Part shown: positions 1 to 13,935 of the stretch, in pieces
Numbering within the stretch: position 1 is the first letter of the stretch
Layout: the number at the start of each line of letters is the position of its first letter
NCBI GenBank assembly: GCA_950097015.1
Contig: CATNEN010000039.1
Span: forward strand, 15,686,001 to 15,750,000
Length of the DNA stretch: 64,000 nt
Direction of reading: 5' to 3'
From: Macrostomum hystrix
Taxonomy: Eukaryota > Animalia > Platyhelminthes
Notes under the pieces: model-generated
What the model saw: the letters and a program-made list of their open reading frames with translations, nothing else
What the model was told of the DNA's origin: nothing
The model's database searches: none
Position numbers and translations under genes: made by a program

Positions 1-1370
1 GATCTGAGAGGGAGATCTGAGAGGGGAGATCTGAGAGGGGAGATCTGAGAGGGGAGATCTGAGAAGGGAGATCTGAGAGGGGAGATCTGAGAGGGGAGAT
101 CTGAGAGAGGAGATCTGAGAGGGGAGATCTGAGTTGGAGATCTGAGAGGGGAGATATGAAAGGGGAGATCTGAGTTGGAGATCTGAGAGGGGATATCTGA
201 GAGGGAAGATATGAAATGGGGAGATCTGAGAGGGAGATCTGAGAGGGGATATCTGAGAGGGGAGATATGAAAGGGGGAGATCTGAGAGGGAGATCTGAGA
301 GGGGATATCTGAGAGGGAAGATATGAAAGGGGGAGATCTGAGAGGGGAGATCTGAGAGGGGAGATCTAAGAGGGTAGATCTGAGAGGGGAGATCTGAGAG
401 GGGAGATCTAAGAGGGGAGATCTGAGAAGGGAGATCTGAGAGGGGAGATCTGAGAGAGGAGATCTGAGAGGGGAGATCTGAGAGGGGAGATATGAAAGGG
501 GGAGATCTGAGAGGGAGATCTGAGAAGGGAAATCTGAGAGGGGAGATCTGAGAGTGGAGATCTGAGAGTGGAGATCTGAGAGTGGAGATCTGAGAGTGGA
601 GATCTGAGAGTGGAGATCTAAGAGGGTAGATCTGAGAAGGGAGATCTGAGAGGGGAGATCTGAGAGAGGAGATCTGAGAGGGGAGATCTGAGAGGGGAGA
701 TATGAAAGGGGGAGATCTGAGAGGGAGATCTGAGAAGGGAAATCTGAGAGGGGAGATCTGAGAGGGGAGATCTGAGAGGGGAGATCTAAGAGGGGAGATC
801 TGAGAAGGGAGATCTGAGAGGGGAGATCTGAGAGAGGAGATCTGAGAGGGGAGATCTGAGAGGGGAGATATGAAAGGGGGAGATCTGAGAGGGAGATCTG
901 AGAAGGGAAATCTGAGAGGGGAGATCTGAGAGTGGAGATCTGAGAGTGGAGATCTGAGAGTGGAGATCTAAGAGGGTAGATCTGAGAGGGGAGATCTGAG
1001 AGGGGAGATCTAAGAGGGGAGATCTGAGAAGGGAGATCTGAGAGGGGAGATCTGAGAGAGGAGATCTGAGAGGGGAGATCTGAGAGGGGAGATATGAAAG
1101 GGGGAGATCTGAGAGGGAGATCTGAGAAGGGAAATCTGAGAGGGGAGATCTGAGAGTGGAGATCTGAGAGTGGAGATCTGAGAGTGGAGATCTGAGAGGG
1201 GAGATCTGAGAGGGGAGATCTGAGAGTGGAGATCTGAGAGGGGAGATCTGAGAGAGGAGATCTGAGAGGGGAGATCTGAGAGTGGAGATCTGAGAGGGGA
1301 GATCTGAGATGGGAGACCTGAGATGGGAGATTTGAGAGGAGAGATATGAAAGGGCCAGATCAGATCAGAA
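1..1370. repeat. 13-bp minisatellite (GGAGATCTGAGAG variants), runs off window start
   Basis: Direct tandem periodicity of ~13 bp; the 1010-1375 ORF is just its translation. Confidence 0.97.
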
Positions 1371-1741
1371 ACCAAGGTCGAAAATTCAGTCTACTTTCTG
1401 AAGTCTATCTGCCAAGTGTCGTAATGTTTAAAAAAAGTGTGAAAGAAAAGAACCTGTCTTACTTGTCTAACCAGAGTGCGTAAATTCTAAAATTTGCATC
1501 AGGTTTTTTTTCATTTTGGTAGAAACTGACAGTGATAATTATAGAAATTACGTTCAAAGTATAAACCATTGTGTACAGTTTAAAATATGATTAAATGTTC
1601 TAAATAACATGTTTGCAAAAAAGATTGACCCGTAGACAAATTATTAGCGTTTTTGGCCAATAATGCAGTTGATTTAGTTATTACGAGCGTATAATCAATT
1701 ATAATCGCCTTTTCCTTATGCGCTTGGGTTTTTCTAACTGT

Positions 1742-3558
1742 CTGTTAGACAAATCCCCAACCCGTTAGACAAATCTCCAACAGGTTAGACAAATCTCCAA
1801 CAGGTTAGACAAATCACCAACCCGTTAGACAAATCTCCAACAGGTTAGACAAATCTCCAACAGGTTAGACAAATCACCAACCCGTTAGACAAATCCCCAA
1901 CCCGTTTGACAAATCCCCAACCCGTTAGACAAATCCCCAACCCGTTAGACAAATCCCCAACCCGTTAGACAAATCACCAACCCGTTAGACAAATCCCCAA
2001 CCCGTTAGACAAATCCACAACCCGTTAGACAAATCACCAACCCGTTAGACAAATCACCAACCCGTTAGACAAATCACCAACCCGTTAGACAAATCACCAA
2101 CAGGTTAGACAAATCACCAACCCGTTAGACAAATCCCCAACCCGTTAGACAAATCCCCAACCCGTTAGACAAATCCCCAACCCGTTAGACAAATCACCAA
2201 CCCGTTAGACAAATCCCCAACCCGTTAGACAAATCCCCAACCAGTTAGACAAATCACCAACCCGTTAGACAAATCCCCAACCCGTTAGACAAATCACCAA
2301 CCCGTTAGACAAATCACCAACCCGTTAGACAAATCACCAACCCGTTAGACAAATCCCCAACCCGTTAGACAAATCACCAACCCGTTAGACAAATCCCCAA
2401 CCCGTTAGACAAATCACCAACCCGTTAGACAAATCACCAACCCGTTAGACAAATCCCCAACCCGTTAGACAAATCCACAACCCGTTAGACAAATCACCAA
2501 CCCGTTAGACAAATCACCAACAGGTTAGACAAATCACCAACCCGTTAGACAAATCCCCAACCCGTTAGACAAATCCCCAACCCGTTAGACAAATCCCCAA
2601 CCCGTTAGACAAATCACCAACCCGTTAGACAAATCCCCAACCCGTTAGACAAATCCCCAACCAGTTAGACAAATCACCAACCCGTTAGACAAATCCCCAA
2701 CCCGTTAGACAAATCACCAACCCGTTAGACAAATCACCAACCCGTTAGACAAATCACCAACCCGTTAGACAAATCCCCAACCCGTTAGACAAATCACCAA
2801 CCCGTTAGACAAATCTCCAACAGGTTAGACAAATCTCCAACAGGTTAGACAAATCACCAACCCGTTAGACAAATCCCCAACCCGTTAGACAAATCCCCAA
2901 CCCGTTAGACAAATCACCAACCCGTTAGACAAATCCCCAACCCGTTAGACAAATCCCCAACCCGTTAGACAAATCCACAACCCGTTAGACAAATCCCCAA
3001 CCCGTTAGACAAATCCACAACCCGTTAGACAAATCACCAACCCGTTAGACAAATCACCAACAGGTTAGACAAATCACCAACCCGTTAGACAAATCTCCAA
3101 CAGGTTAGACAAATCACCAACCCGTTAGACAAATCTCCAACAGGTTAGACAAATCACCAACCCGTTAGACAAATCTCCAACAGGTTAGACAAATCACCAA
3201 CCCGTTAGACAAATCTCCAACAGGTTAGACAAATCACCAACCCGTTAGACAAATCCCCAACCCGTTAGACAAATCCCCAACCCGTTAGACAAATCCACAA
3301 CCCGTTAGACAAATCCCCAACCCGTTAGACAAATCCACAACCCGTTAGACAAATCACCAACCCGTTAGACAAATCACCAACAGGTTAGACAAATCACCAA
3401 CCCGTTAGACAAATCTCCAACAGGTTAGACAAATCACCAACCCGTTAGACAAATCTCCAACAGGTTAGACAAATCACCAACCCGTTAGACAAATCTCCAA
3501 CCCGTTAGACAAATCCCTTACACGTTAGACAAATCCCCAACCCGTTAGACAAATCCCT
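1742..3558. repeat. 20-bp minisatellite (GTTAGACAAATCCCCAACCC variants)
   Basis: About 90 units in exact 20-bp register with only point variants; no spacers. Confidence 0.98.
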
Positions 3559-4953
3559 TGCCACTTTAAATAAACCTGCACTTAATTTATTTGATAAACT
3601 TTAAGCTGTTAAACGAATAAAAAATCTGTGGAAAAATGTCAACCACTCAAATAGGACATGTCTCTGTAAGTAAAATTATTGACGTTAAGTTTCTTGAGTT
3701 TTTCCTAAGTCCCAAAAACTTGGTAATTTGTTTTGCATTGTCCTTCCATTGCAAGCATGTGGATTATCTAAAGTCTATTTCGGGGCCAATTATCTGCATT
3801 AGAAAAATTATTACGCGCTGTCACGTTTTCCAGGAAATGACACTTCTGCATATCTGAGTGTTCCAATTTCACTGACGCTGCGCAGTATAACTATTATTTT
3901 TGTGACGGAGCATTTTCCGAACCACCGCTTTGTAAGGCTATAATGATCGATCGTTATCTTAAACATATAATATATATTTATATATATTCGCGAGAAGGAT
4001 AGAACCGGCGGCATGCAAATACGATTGCGAATATATAGTTTGGGCTCTTGTTCTTAAATGAGAGTCTTACCCCAGTCACTATTTTTATACCGTTTGCCAT
4101 GGTTTTACTGCAATTTCGCAATGGTTCAGTGGGTTCAGCGATTAGTTTAGTTACTCCCTTTATTTAGCAAAGTTAAAAAAATGGGTACACAATCGTGCAA
4201 GGACCAATTTTGTACTTTCGATACAAAACTGGGCTACTTACTTTTATTCGGGTCTTATATCACTAATACATATTCTCGACAAGGACAAATCAGATAAAAT
4301 AACAGGAGAACATATAATCATGCAAATAAAGAAAAGCATTTGCTACGTAAACTGGATTCGCTTATTCGACAGCACTAACATGCATAAAATTCATAGGATG
4401 CATAAAACGAATATTAGCGATGATTTAATAAGTGACCACTCTCGTATAATCCAGTACTTTAACTACAGTAGTCCTTAATAGACTAGGGTTTATTGTTTGC
4501 ATGCCCTTTAGCAATTGTTTAGCCATTTGGAAGGAAGCATGGCTTGTCTAGTTGACATTCGAAACTTTCAATACTATATATAGTGAAATTATTTTATATA
4601 GACTGAAAACAATCATAGTCTGTCGCTTTCACGAATCAATTAATCAAGTCGTGATATTACATTTTTTCGGGTTTGTTATATTGACAAAGCGATGCGCTAA
4701 AACAAATTTAGCTAAAGCGTAGCCTTATTTATTTTAACGGCTCAGCAAAATTACAAAATTGAAGGCTTTCTGTTAATCGAAAACAAATTGAAAGTCTGAA
4801 AATTATAAGTGATTCGCAGTTTCCTAGTAGGCTGAGTAAATGTGATTTTTTAAAATAGGAACAATCAATTTATTCTCGACAAATTACCAATTTAATACAA
4901 TTTAACTTGATATTAAACTTCGCTTCCTTAAATATCTGTAAAAATACACCATA

Positions 4954-7900
4954 ATGTTTGTGGCACCCAGTGTCGCACATTCTGTTAAAAATAGCACGTC
5001 TATATACGAGCGTCAATTATCGAAACAATATGACGATGGAAGTATTCAACTTGGTGGATATTCGGCTCAATACTTTCCTGTTCGCCCACTACTACGCGTG
5101 GGAGAAACAGGTAAGCATCCGATTGAAAAAATGCGTTGAAAATTGAAATGGCAATGACAATGTGATTAACTTCGTAAGGAAGCTTTCAAAACATAACATG
5201 AAAATAATATTATCAAATTATATTGTTTCCACAACTGTGCCGTAATGACACTGCGAATAAGAATCGTTTTCTCATTAGTAACATGATTCTAAAGTGTTCT
5301 GAATTCTTTAAAATATTTCGATATACTATCGGAACTATTAGCTCCCGACTCCACTGGTTTGTTCTAAAAAATGAGGGAATTCTCTCTCTGAGTGAAATTT
5401 AATAAAGAGTTTAAATGTTAAATATATATTTTTTAATTCTTTACTTCGCAATAGGTGTTATATTAGATCAACTAAATGGTACAGTTACAATGAATTGTTT
5501 ATTTTTTTCATTTTCACTTTAATTTCACTTAAAACTGTTTATCAAAAAATTCAACTGCTTTATTTGCATGTTGTACTATTGACTCTTATAAATGATATAG
5601 TTTTTTCTCTAAATAAAATTAATTTCTGTTATAGGTTATAGTGCCTTCTATGCAGTGTTAAACATTTTAATTTAACATCTTACTGTGTTTTAAAGTCGTA
5701 AAATATAACAAAAAGTATTGTATCAAAGTAAAAAATGGGAGTCCGTAGGATAGTACGACCTGGTTGCAGTGAATCGACAAACACGTACGAAAAGCACAGT
5801 TTTCACAAAAACTAGGCCTACATCAGTTCACATTTTATCTGCCATATTCTAAACAAATCAACGTTTTACATTTAATCGTCATCACACGCTTTCCCCCATC
5901 ACAGACGGCGCCTGGCTTGTTGCTCACAAAGCCGAGGAGAGGCGGCGATTCAACGAGCTGCTATTGAAGCAGCACAAGGCTGCTAAGAGGCAGGCGGCGC
6001 CTGGGACTTCCTCTGGGCGAGGCGTCGAAAGCGTCGGAGGCGGTCGACAAGAAGAGGAGGAGCAACCTTGCCTGGATGGATTTTATCTTGTGAGGCTTTT
6101 AGTATGGAACTCGTCTTAAGTAATTAATTATTCGGAAATCATATTATCAGTGGTATAATCCCGCTTAATTCCGAACAGCTTCGCGTCGTTCGAGTCGACG
6201 ATCCGTCGTTTGTATGTCACGTGGACGTCAGCGGACGAAATCTAACCGAAGTAAAGGAGGAAGATCTACAACTGTTTGACAGTGTGACAAGCTTGAAGGC
6301 TGGCGAAAATCTGCTACGACTTGGTAAGGCATCGGTGTGCGAGTGAGGTTGCTGTATGGTTTGTGGAGTGAGGTTGCTGTGTGGTTTGTAGTGTGAGGTT
6401 GTTGGTGTGCGGAGAGAGTTTGGTGTGCAGAGTGAGGTTACTTTGTGGATAGAGGTTTAGAGGTGCGGAGTGAGGTTTGTGTGTGGAGTGAGGTTAGTGT
6501 CCGGAGTGAGGTTGGTGTGCGTTGTGAGGTTGGTCTGCGGAGTGAGGTTGTTGTGCAGATTGAAGCTGATGTCCCAAGTTGACGTAGAAGAGCTTAATGC
6601 AGGATGATAATTAAAAATCGTATTGCTTAAATCATCGGTGCACTATATGTCTTCCATTGTTGTCTTAAAATGTTTAATCAAATTTCTAGAACCTTTAAAT
6701 GGATTTCCAAATCTGCGCGAACTGGAAATCCCATTCAATGGACTAAGGAATCTTCAGTTGACCGCCGATTCTTTTCCTAACTTGGAGGTAGGTTTAAAAA
6801 GAAATATATATTAATTTAGCTTTTATTGACTATCAAAAAAGCAACAATTTATTGAATTACAGTTTTTGGACGTATCCTACAACGAGCTGACAAAGGAAGA
6901 CCTATTTAACATTGGCCTGCTAAAACGGCTGCGCCGACTTCACGCCGGCGGCAACGGGTTGATCGAGCTGCCCGAGGATATGTCGCTGCCCGACATTGCT
7001 GTTGATGGGTAAGAAAATTTTTTATCGGTACCAGGATTGCCTGATTGGAGGACAGGAGGCGAAGGGAGATGAGTGAAGTGATGGTCCTCTTTCGTGATTG
7101 GAGGAAAGGTGGCGGAGGGAGACGGGTGAGGCAATAGTCCTCTTTCGTTATTAGAGGAAAGGTGGCGTAGGGAGACGGGTGTGGCGATGGTGGAGAGGGT
7201 GTAATTCACGTGACGGCTTATAATGTTGTGTGCAGAGGATCTTAGACAACCCTAGAAATGCAAATAAAGAAATACAGTTTTAGGCGGATGATTGTAAATC
7301 ATAGAAAGTGTAAAATGTAACTGAAAGCGACGCATCATGAAATTAACGCAAATAGTTTTTCTTCTGATACTCTGTATCATTTCAGTCGCGGAAAGATCAA
7401 GTAAGACTTCACATACAAAATGTACAATCAGCACTTCCATGTTAATATATATTTTTTCTTGAAGCACTGCTGAATCATATATAGAATCTCATTTAGATTT
7501 ACCGACTTCAGTTTTTATGGAGGCTTTAGTACTGCTATTTAGATATTTTTTTTAGCAGTAGAGTTCACCGATATAAATTTTGTTCGAAACGGATTGTACA
7601 TATTCTGCATCTAGTGCAGTGCACTTTATCAGCTGCTTGTTTTTCCGGCTCCTAATTTTCACCTTTGATTTCCAAACCGCAGAAAATTTAAATTGAAACT
7701 AGATTTTTTAGCTTGATTTGATTTCTTTTTTGAATTCGCGCCAATGCAGTTGCTTTACGGTAGAATGCACGGGGTAAGTCAAATGCCCACATGTTTTGGA
7801 TCTTCTAGAATATTAAACCAATGCGGGAAATAATGATAATTGGTCATTAGGTTTGGGATCTATCGTAAAGTAGGCAGTGGGTATTGAAATGTGAAATCCC

Positions 7901-10900
7901 CATGCAGGTGGAGAAATATCGTGGCCTTTGTACTGTTAAGCAACTGTGAAAAACAAAGAAGTTTTTTTTTTATTCGATTACAATATGTACGAGTATAAAC
8001 TACTGATAATTTTGCATTAAAGGAGGTATAGCTAGTTTTTATAACTTTTCTTCAGAGAGGCTCATCAACGATTTCAAAGTCTCGAGTGTCTGATGCTTGA
8101 CGACAACCGACTGTCCGATCCGAAAGCGTTCGCTTCTCTGGCCACGCTGAGAAAGTGAGTTGGCAACTCTTAAAATTGCTTCTATAACTTACTAAAGTAA
8201 ACGGGCAGATGGTAGTTGCGAGGTTTTAACTTGGAGCAACATTTCTGTAGCTTACGGCGATTGTTGGCCTAAGTCTTATCCAAAAGATAATTCTGAAGCA
8301 AATTTAACTGGAGGATACCTTTATCCAACCTTTACCTTTATTACTGGAGGTAACCTCGAATGCCTGATAACGAAGCATTTGTCATAACGAAACCTTGGAT
8401 TTCCCTATAACAACCGGGTGGCAACGCTTGTCCAAGCGTAACCTGTTGATCTCGGCCTTAGGAAACTTTTATCCAAACGAAACCTTAAGTTAGAGCTTGT
8501 CCAAACCCAAGACTTTGACTCCGCGTTCGGCTGACGCGCTTGCTCCCTGCACCTGAGTTTTTAGCCCCTCTGGTGTCGCGTATTTATAGACTACTTGGAC
8601 CCCGTCCTACTCTGCCATTGGCTGGAGCCTTTCAAGTGCTCTGATTGACTTGAAGAACTCAGGCTGGTGGAAATTCCGTGGGCGTGCCAAACTGCCATGG
8701 AAAAACAGTGGAAATACCGGCCACAGTTCTCCAATACTGACATCCTTAAGACACCAACTACTTACTACTAAGAAAACAAAAATTAAGCTGAACCATACAG
8801 CGGCGATGGCTAACTTTTCAAGAGAGTGGGAACTACGAGTACTCGTACTTACTAAGCCTTATAAAAAGTGACTCACTACGAATGTAACCCCGAAATCGCC
8901 ATAAACTCAGGCTGAAAGTTCTGAGCCTCGAGAAGAACGAATTTAGCGGCATTCCGTATCTGCGAGTGACGGAGGAATCCGATGGTATCTCAGTGTCGCT
9001 ATCGCCGACATCGGCAGCAACCACCACCCGCAACCGTCAGCAGCGGGCCTCGAAGAGCGCCCGCAGCAGCCGCAGCTCTCGCCGAAGCTCGGCTAGGAAG
9101 GACAAACCGGCGGCTGAAGAGCCGCAGTCAGCCGTGGATCTGTCGGTGATTGGCGGACCAAAACTAGCGCATCAACGATCACCTGAGAGACTGGTGCATG
9201 AGGAGCAGCAACAGCAGCAGCACGAGCCGAAGTCCTCAGAAAAAGAGGGCAAAGAAGAAAATGTCGAACACCAGCAGCAGCAGCAGGCGGTTGTTGTCCC
9301 ATCTGGTGCAGACGGAGCAGAGAATGCCTCCGATTCGACAGAAGTTGTTGCCCAGGAGAGAAATCAGAACAATGAGGTTTGTTTTAAATTTCCTAAGGCC
9401 TATCACTTCGCTAGACACACGCTATGGCGCTTTTCATTATTCTATGTCGATTTTTTTCCAGACAACACAGGAGCACAAAGAAGAGGAAAAACCGAACAGG
9501 AAACAGGAAACTGAACAGGAAAAACCGACTGAGAGCGCACAGGATGAGCAGCAGCATGAAGAGCCGTCAGCGAATCGAAAGCCCTCAGCCAGCACCAACG
9601 AGATCAATCGCAACATCGAGCAGTTGAACCTGCAGATGATGCGCATCAACCGTCCCGCCTCGGCGCCCATGGTCGAATTGGCTCCGTTTGATCTGCGCGA
9701 GATCGAGCGTGCCATCGGGCGCCGATTTGTGGAACGGCGCCAGGCGCGCGCCGGACCGGCGCCGTTCCCGGCGCTCCGGTCGCTCAACCTCGGCGGCAAT
9801 CAGGTGGCTCAAGAGGAGGCTCTGACCGCCTGCGGCGTGTGGCCGGCGCTCACCGACCTTCTCATCTACGACAATCCGCTGTGCCGAACCCGGGCTGGCG
9901 AGCTGCCTCTGCTGCACCGCCTGCTCACGCATCGGCTTGGCGTCCGCGTGGTGCGCCATCGACCGGAACAAGTGCGTGATGTTTGCCTAGCAACGCATAG
10001 CAACCAAGCAGTTGGACTTTAATTACGGGCCTATAATTAACAATATCAGGGGGGTGAGTGAGACGGCAAGGCCACATTTATTTGGGGCGCAGCCGCGGAG
10101 AGAAGGCTTCGGGGGCTTATTATGCAATTTAAGCCCTTGAGGGCCAACCTCCAAGGCACAGTGAGAGTGTACACTGCCTGACGATGAGAGAGTCGGGGCA
10201 GATGTGCACACCTGTGTATCATTTGGGTCACCAAATGATGAACCGACCTCCGGCCCGCAGCCGTCCTTCGATTAATATGATTATTATTCATTTCAAAAGA
10301 TGGGGATCACAACGTAACACCCAGAATCTGTAACAAATCCTGATTCCGCAGGGTCCAAAGCCTCGCATCGAGGTTGAGCAGCGGCCAAATAGGCGCATTG
10401 TGACCAGAGTTCCTCCAGTTCCCAAGATCAATGTCGACCGCCTCCTTCTGAGCATCGCAGCCGGACCAGAACAGCCGTCAATGCAGCCGCAGGGCGTCTC
10501 GCCGAAGAAGGCGAACGAGGTTCAGCAGAAGCAGGGCGAGGGCCAAGTCGAGTGCGATCGCAAAGGCGACGATGAGGATGCTGCTAGCGACTCGGGCGAC
10601 GGCGTTTTCATGACATCGGTGGCTGACCAGGTGAATAACTGGTGCTTTTACTAGTTTTTTTTAGTTTCTAAAGCAACTGCCCCTCCTGACATCCCACTGC
10701 CTCCCCTGACATCCCTCTGCCTCCCCTGACATCCCACTGCCTTCCCTGACATCCCACTGCCTTCCCTGACAACCCTCTGCCTTCCCTGACAACCCTCTGC
10801 CTCCCGACAACCCACTGCCTCCCCTGACAACCCACTGCCTCCCCTGACAATCCACTGTCTCCCATGACAACCCACTGCCCCCCTGACAACCCACTGCCTC

Positions 10901-11443
10901 CCCTGACAACCCTCTGCCTCCCGACAACCCACTGCCTCCCCTGACAACCCACTGCCTCCCCTGACAATCCACTGTCTCCCATGACAACCCACTGCCCCCT
11001 GACAACCCACTGCCTCCCCTGACAACCCTCTGCCTCCCGACAGCGCACTGCCTCCCCTGACAACCCACTGCCTCCCCTGACATCCCACTGCCTTCCCTGA
11101 CAACCCTCTGCCTCCCGACAACCCACTGCCTTCCCTGACAACCCACTGCGTCCCCTGACAACCCACTGCCTCCCCTGACAATCCACTGTATCCCATGACA
11201 ACCGACTGCCCCCCCTGACATCCCACTGCCTTCCCTGTCAACCCTCTGCCTCCCGACAACCCACTGCCTCCCCTGACAACACACTGCCTCCCCTGACAAT
11301 CCACTGTCTCCCATGACAACCGACTGCCCCCCTGACAACCCACTGCGTCCCATGTCAACCCACTGCGTCCCATGACAACCTTCTAAAATACCTAAAATGT
11401 AAGCCTTATTTTTAACGCTCCTCTGACAGACTGCCGAAAAAAC

Positions 11444-11500
<57 letters not shown>

Positions 11501-12679
11501 AGCCACCAACGAGAAGCCGGCAGCCGCGAGGCTTCACCAGAATAGCGAAGACGAAATCCAAGATCTGGAAGACGACATCGACCTACTCCTGAGCGACAGA
11601 TTCGGCGACAACAACGAGGATGACGACGACCTGCCGCAGGACGTGCTGGGCAGCGTGAAGGCTCTGCAGTACCTGCTGGATCATCCCATCACACTAGACG
11701 GCCGACGACCGCCCCTGGCCGAAGCTGGCGCTGCCTATCGCGAGCATCGGCCAAGCCGCCCGGCGCCGGCTCCGGCGCCGCGTCCGACTCGCGCCGAAAT
11801 GGCGCGTGCCGCCGTCGAAACCAGCCGCCGAGCGAATCCCCGAGTCGAACTGCCGCTGCCCAGCCTTCTACGCCCGCTGCCGCCGCTGAGAGAGCGCCGA
11901 CGTCGGGTGGAACCAGCGCCGGCGGGACTTCGACAGGCCGAGGTTCGCGGCCTGCTCGGCGGTGTCGAAAGGCGCTACCAGGCGGTGCGAGATCGATCGC
12001 TGCAGCAGGCGAAAGAGCAGGTGAATGCACGTTTGAGGACCACTCCGTTAGTTATTTGGGGACCACGATAGGATTCAGGACCACTGTAGAATCGAGGACC
12101 ATTTTAGGATTGAGGGCTATTATAGAATCGAGGACCATTGTAGAATCGAAGACCATTGTAGAATCGAGGACCATTTTAGGATTGAGGACCATTGTAGAAT
12201 CGAGGACCACTGTAGAATCGAGGACCATTGTAGAATCGAAGACCATTGTAGAATCGAGGACCATTTCAGAATCGAGGAACATTACAGAATCGAGGACCAT
12301 TGTAGAATCGAGGGCCATTTCAGAATCGAGGAACATTACAGAATCGAGGACCATTGTAGAATCGAGGACCATTGTAGAATCGAGGACCATTGTAGAATCG
12401 AGGACCATTGTAGAATCGAGGGCCATTTCAGAATCGAGGACCATTGTAGAATCGAGGACCATTGTTGAATCGAGGACCATTTCAGAATCGAGAACCATTT
12501 CAGAATTTCTTAACATAAATTAATAAACATTCCAATAGGCACGCGAGAAGATTGCAGCCATGGTTGAAGACATTCGCGACAGTGTACACCGTTCTTTGAA
12601 GGCCAGACAGTCTTCAGAGAATGCGCCCGCTAACGGCTTCGAATCTGCGACAGACTTTTCGGCGGCCGATGCATCCTGA
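4954..12679 (+). CDS. XRRA1: X-ray radiation resistance-associated protein 1 (LRR protein), 11 exons
   Basis: Exons 4954-5110, 5905-6089, 6179-6323, 6690-6787, 6863-7008, 8056-8154, 8911-9376, 9462-9971, 10352-10630, 11430-12020, 12539-12679, with GT-AG boundaries and compatible phases. Peptides YFPVRPLLRV, GAWLVAHK, LDGFYLL, FPNLRELEIPFNGL, FLDVSYNELT, LECLMLDDNRLSDPKAFASLATLRKLKVLSLEKN..IPYL and FPALRSLNLGGNQV follow the order of recalled vertebrate XRRA1. Start codon uncertain. AATAAA at ~12767. Confidence 0.88.
6338..6570. repeat. Degenerate GT-rich tandem repeat (GAGTGAGGTTG... units) in XRRA1 intron 3
   Basis: GTGAGGTT core recurs every ~20-24 bp. Confidence 0.75.
7860..7945 (+). mobile_element. 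3' fragment of a SINE-like repeat
   Basis: Shares AAGTAGGCAGTGGGTATT...AATATCGTGG..CTTT.TACTGTTAA with 28430-28510. Confidence 0.55.
8246..8838 (-). mobile_element. Possible old solo LTR in XRRA1 intron 6
   Basis: Starts TGTAG and ends CTACG (imperfect inverted end). Minus-strand TATAAATA at ~8581 and AATAAA at ~8338. No TSD found. Confidence 0.25.
10676..11380. repeat. ~20-bp minisatellite (CCCACTGCCTCCCCTGACAA) filling XRRA1 intron 9
   Basis: Tandem 18-20-bp units between donor 10631 and acceptor 11429. Confidence 0.95.
11445..11504 (+). repeat. (GCC)17 trinucleotide run encoding a 20-residue polyalanine tract in XRRA1 exon 10
   Basis: GCT + 17 x GCC + GCA + GCC, in frame from exon start 11430. 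Confidence 0.9.
12065..12508. repeat. 18-bp minisatellite (TAGAATCGAGGACCATTG) filling XRRA1 intron 10
   Basis: Direct tandem periodicity. Confidence 0.95.
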
Positions 12680-13935
12680 GGCATTGTTTTGCCCGATTTT
12701 CGCCGTTTTTCGTGCTACTTTGAAGATTGCCTACTAACAGCAGTAATATAATATTTGTTTTCGATAAATAAACTTGAAATTTAATTTTCAGATAATGAAG
12801 TCGGAACTCGATTTAATGCTCAAACAAGTGAGCTCGATTTTTTCATAAAAGCTAAAAAACGTTTCGTAAACAAAACCCTTATGAGTATAAGATTTCATGT
12901 AAATAAATTAAGTAGAAGCTTTCTATCTGATTTGTGATTTTCAAGTTGCCAAAATGGACTTGGAATGAAATATACCGAGATTATCAGAGTTCAGAATCAT
13001 GCTGTAGTATAGAGATAGTAGATATTTAATTTCCTCGAGATTACATATGACTTTGTTCCGTCGCTTGCAGTTTCTGCTAGTTCGATAAGAATTAAATGCC
13101 AAAATCGATGCTCATAATAGAATACTTCGCATTTAAGTGTACTTAAATTTGGCCGAACTCGAGAACCTAGGTGGTACCGGTTGCATTTGCTAAGTGTCGA
13201 TTGGTGCCCGACGCTTAGCCACCAAACAGCAAAGAAACAAACGGGGCTGGGCCAAGCGTCCCCAGCAATAGCAAAACGAAAGCAAAAGCAAATTAAAGAC
13301 GAATGGGAATTTAAGAGGCTTCTTCGGCGATCGAAAAGCTTGTGATGTCAGAAAGCCCCATTGTTCTTAGACACCAGTGCCCCTATTGAATGCTTAGTTT
13401 TTTTTCTATCAATCTAACGATGTGACTGGGTCCAGGAACTGCAGCTACAATTAACCAATTAGGCATTCTTATTTTTAGCTTAGATATATTATATTCAGCA
13501 GTTAGATACTCGTATAAGAGCTATTTACATAACTTACGAGAGTTCTTCCCTAAGCAATTTAGAAACGAATGATAAAAAAAGAGTTTGATTTCTGACATAA
13601 ATTCTCGATATGTAGTTTAGTTGAAGCTATTATTTGCTATGCGCAAACGGTAAATATGAATGTTTGCCATCGTAAGTTAAATATAAATATGCTTTATAAA
13701 TTAGTTTAAGAATATGAAGCTAGCAAAGCAAACACGTTTTTAAAGAAAGTATTATTACAGCTGATACAATTTGCTTCTAAAGGCATACATATTTTGTTAT
13801 AATAGCAAAACTTGGAAAAGCAACATTTATAAACAGCACTTTTCCGTTTTCCACGAACAATAAACCATGGCAGTTGCAGAGCTGCTGCCATTCTGATGAT
13901 AAAATATGGCCTATTATTGATGTGAATTAATTGCA

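Noticed and set aside
1742-3558. CRISPR-like regular array
   Set aside because: Units are contiguous with no unique spacers, the context is eukaryotic and there are no cas genes; the same applies to all other arrays.
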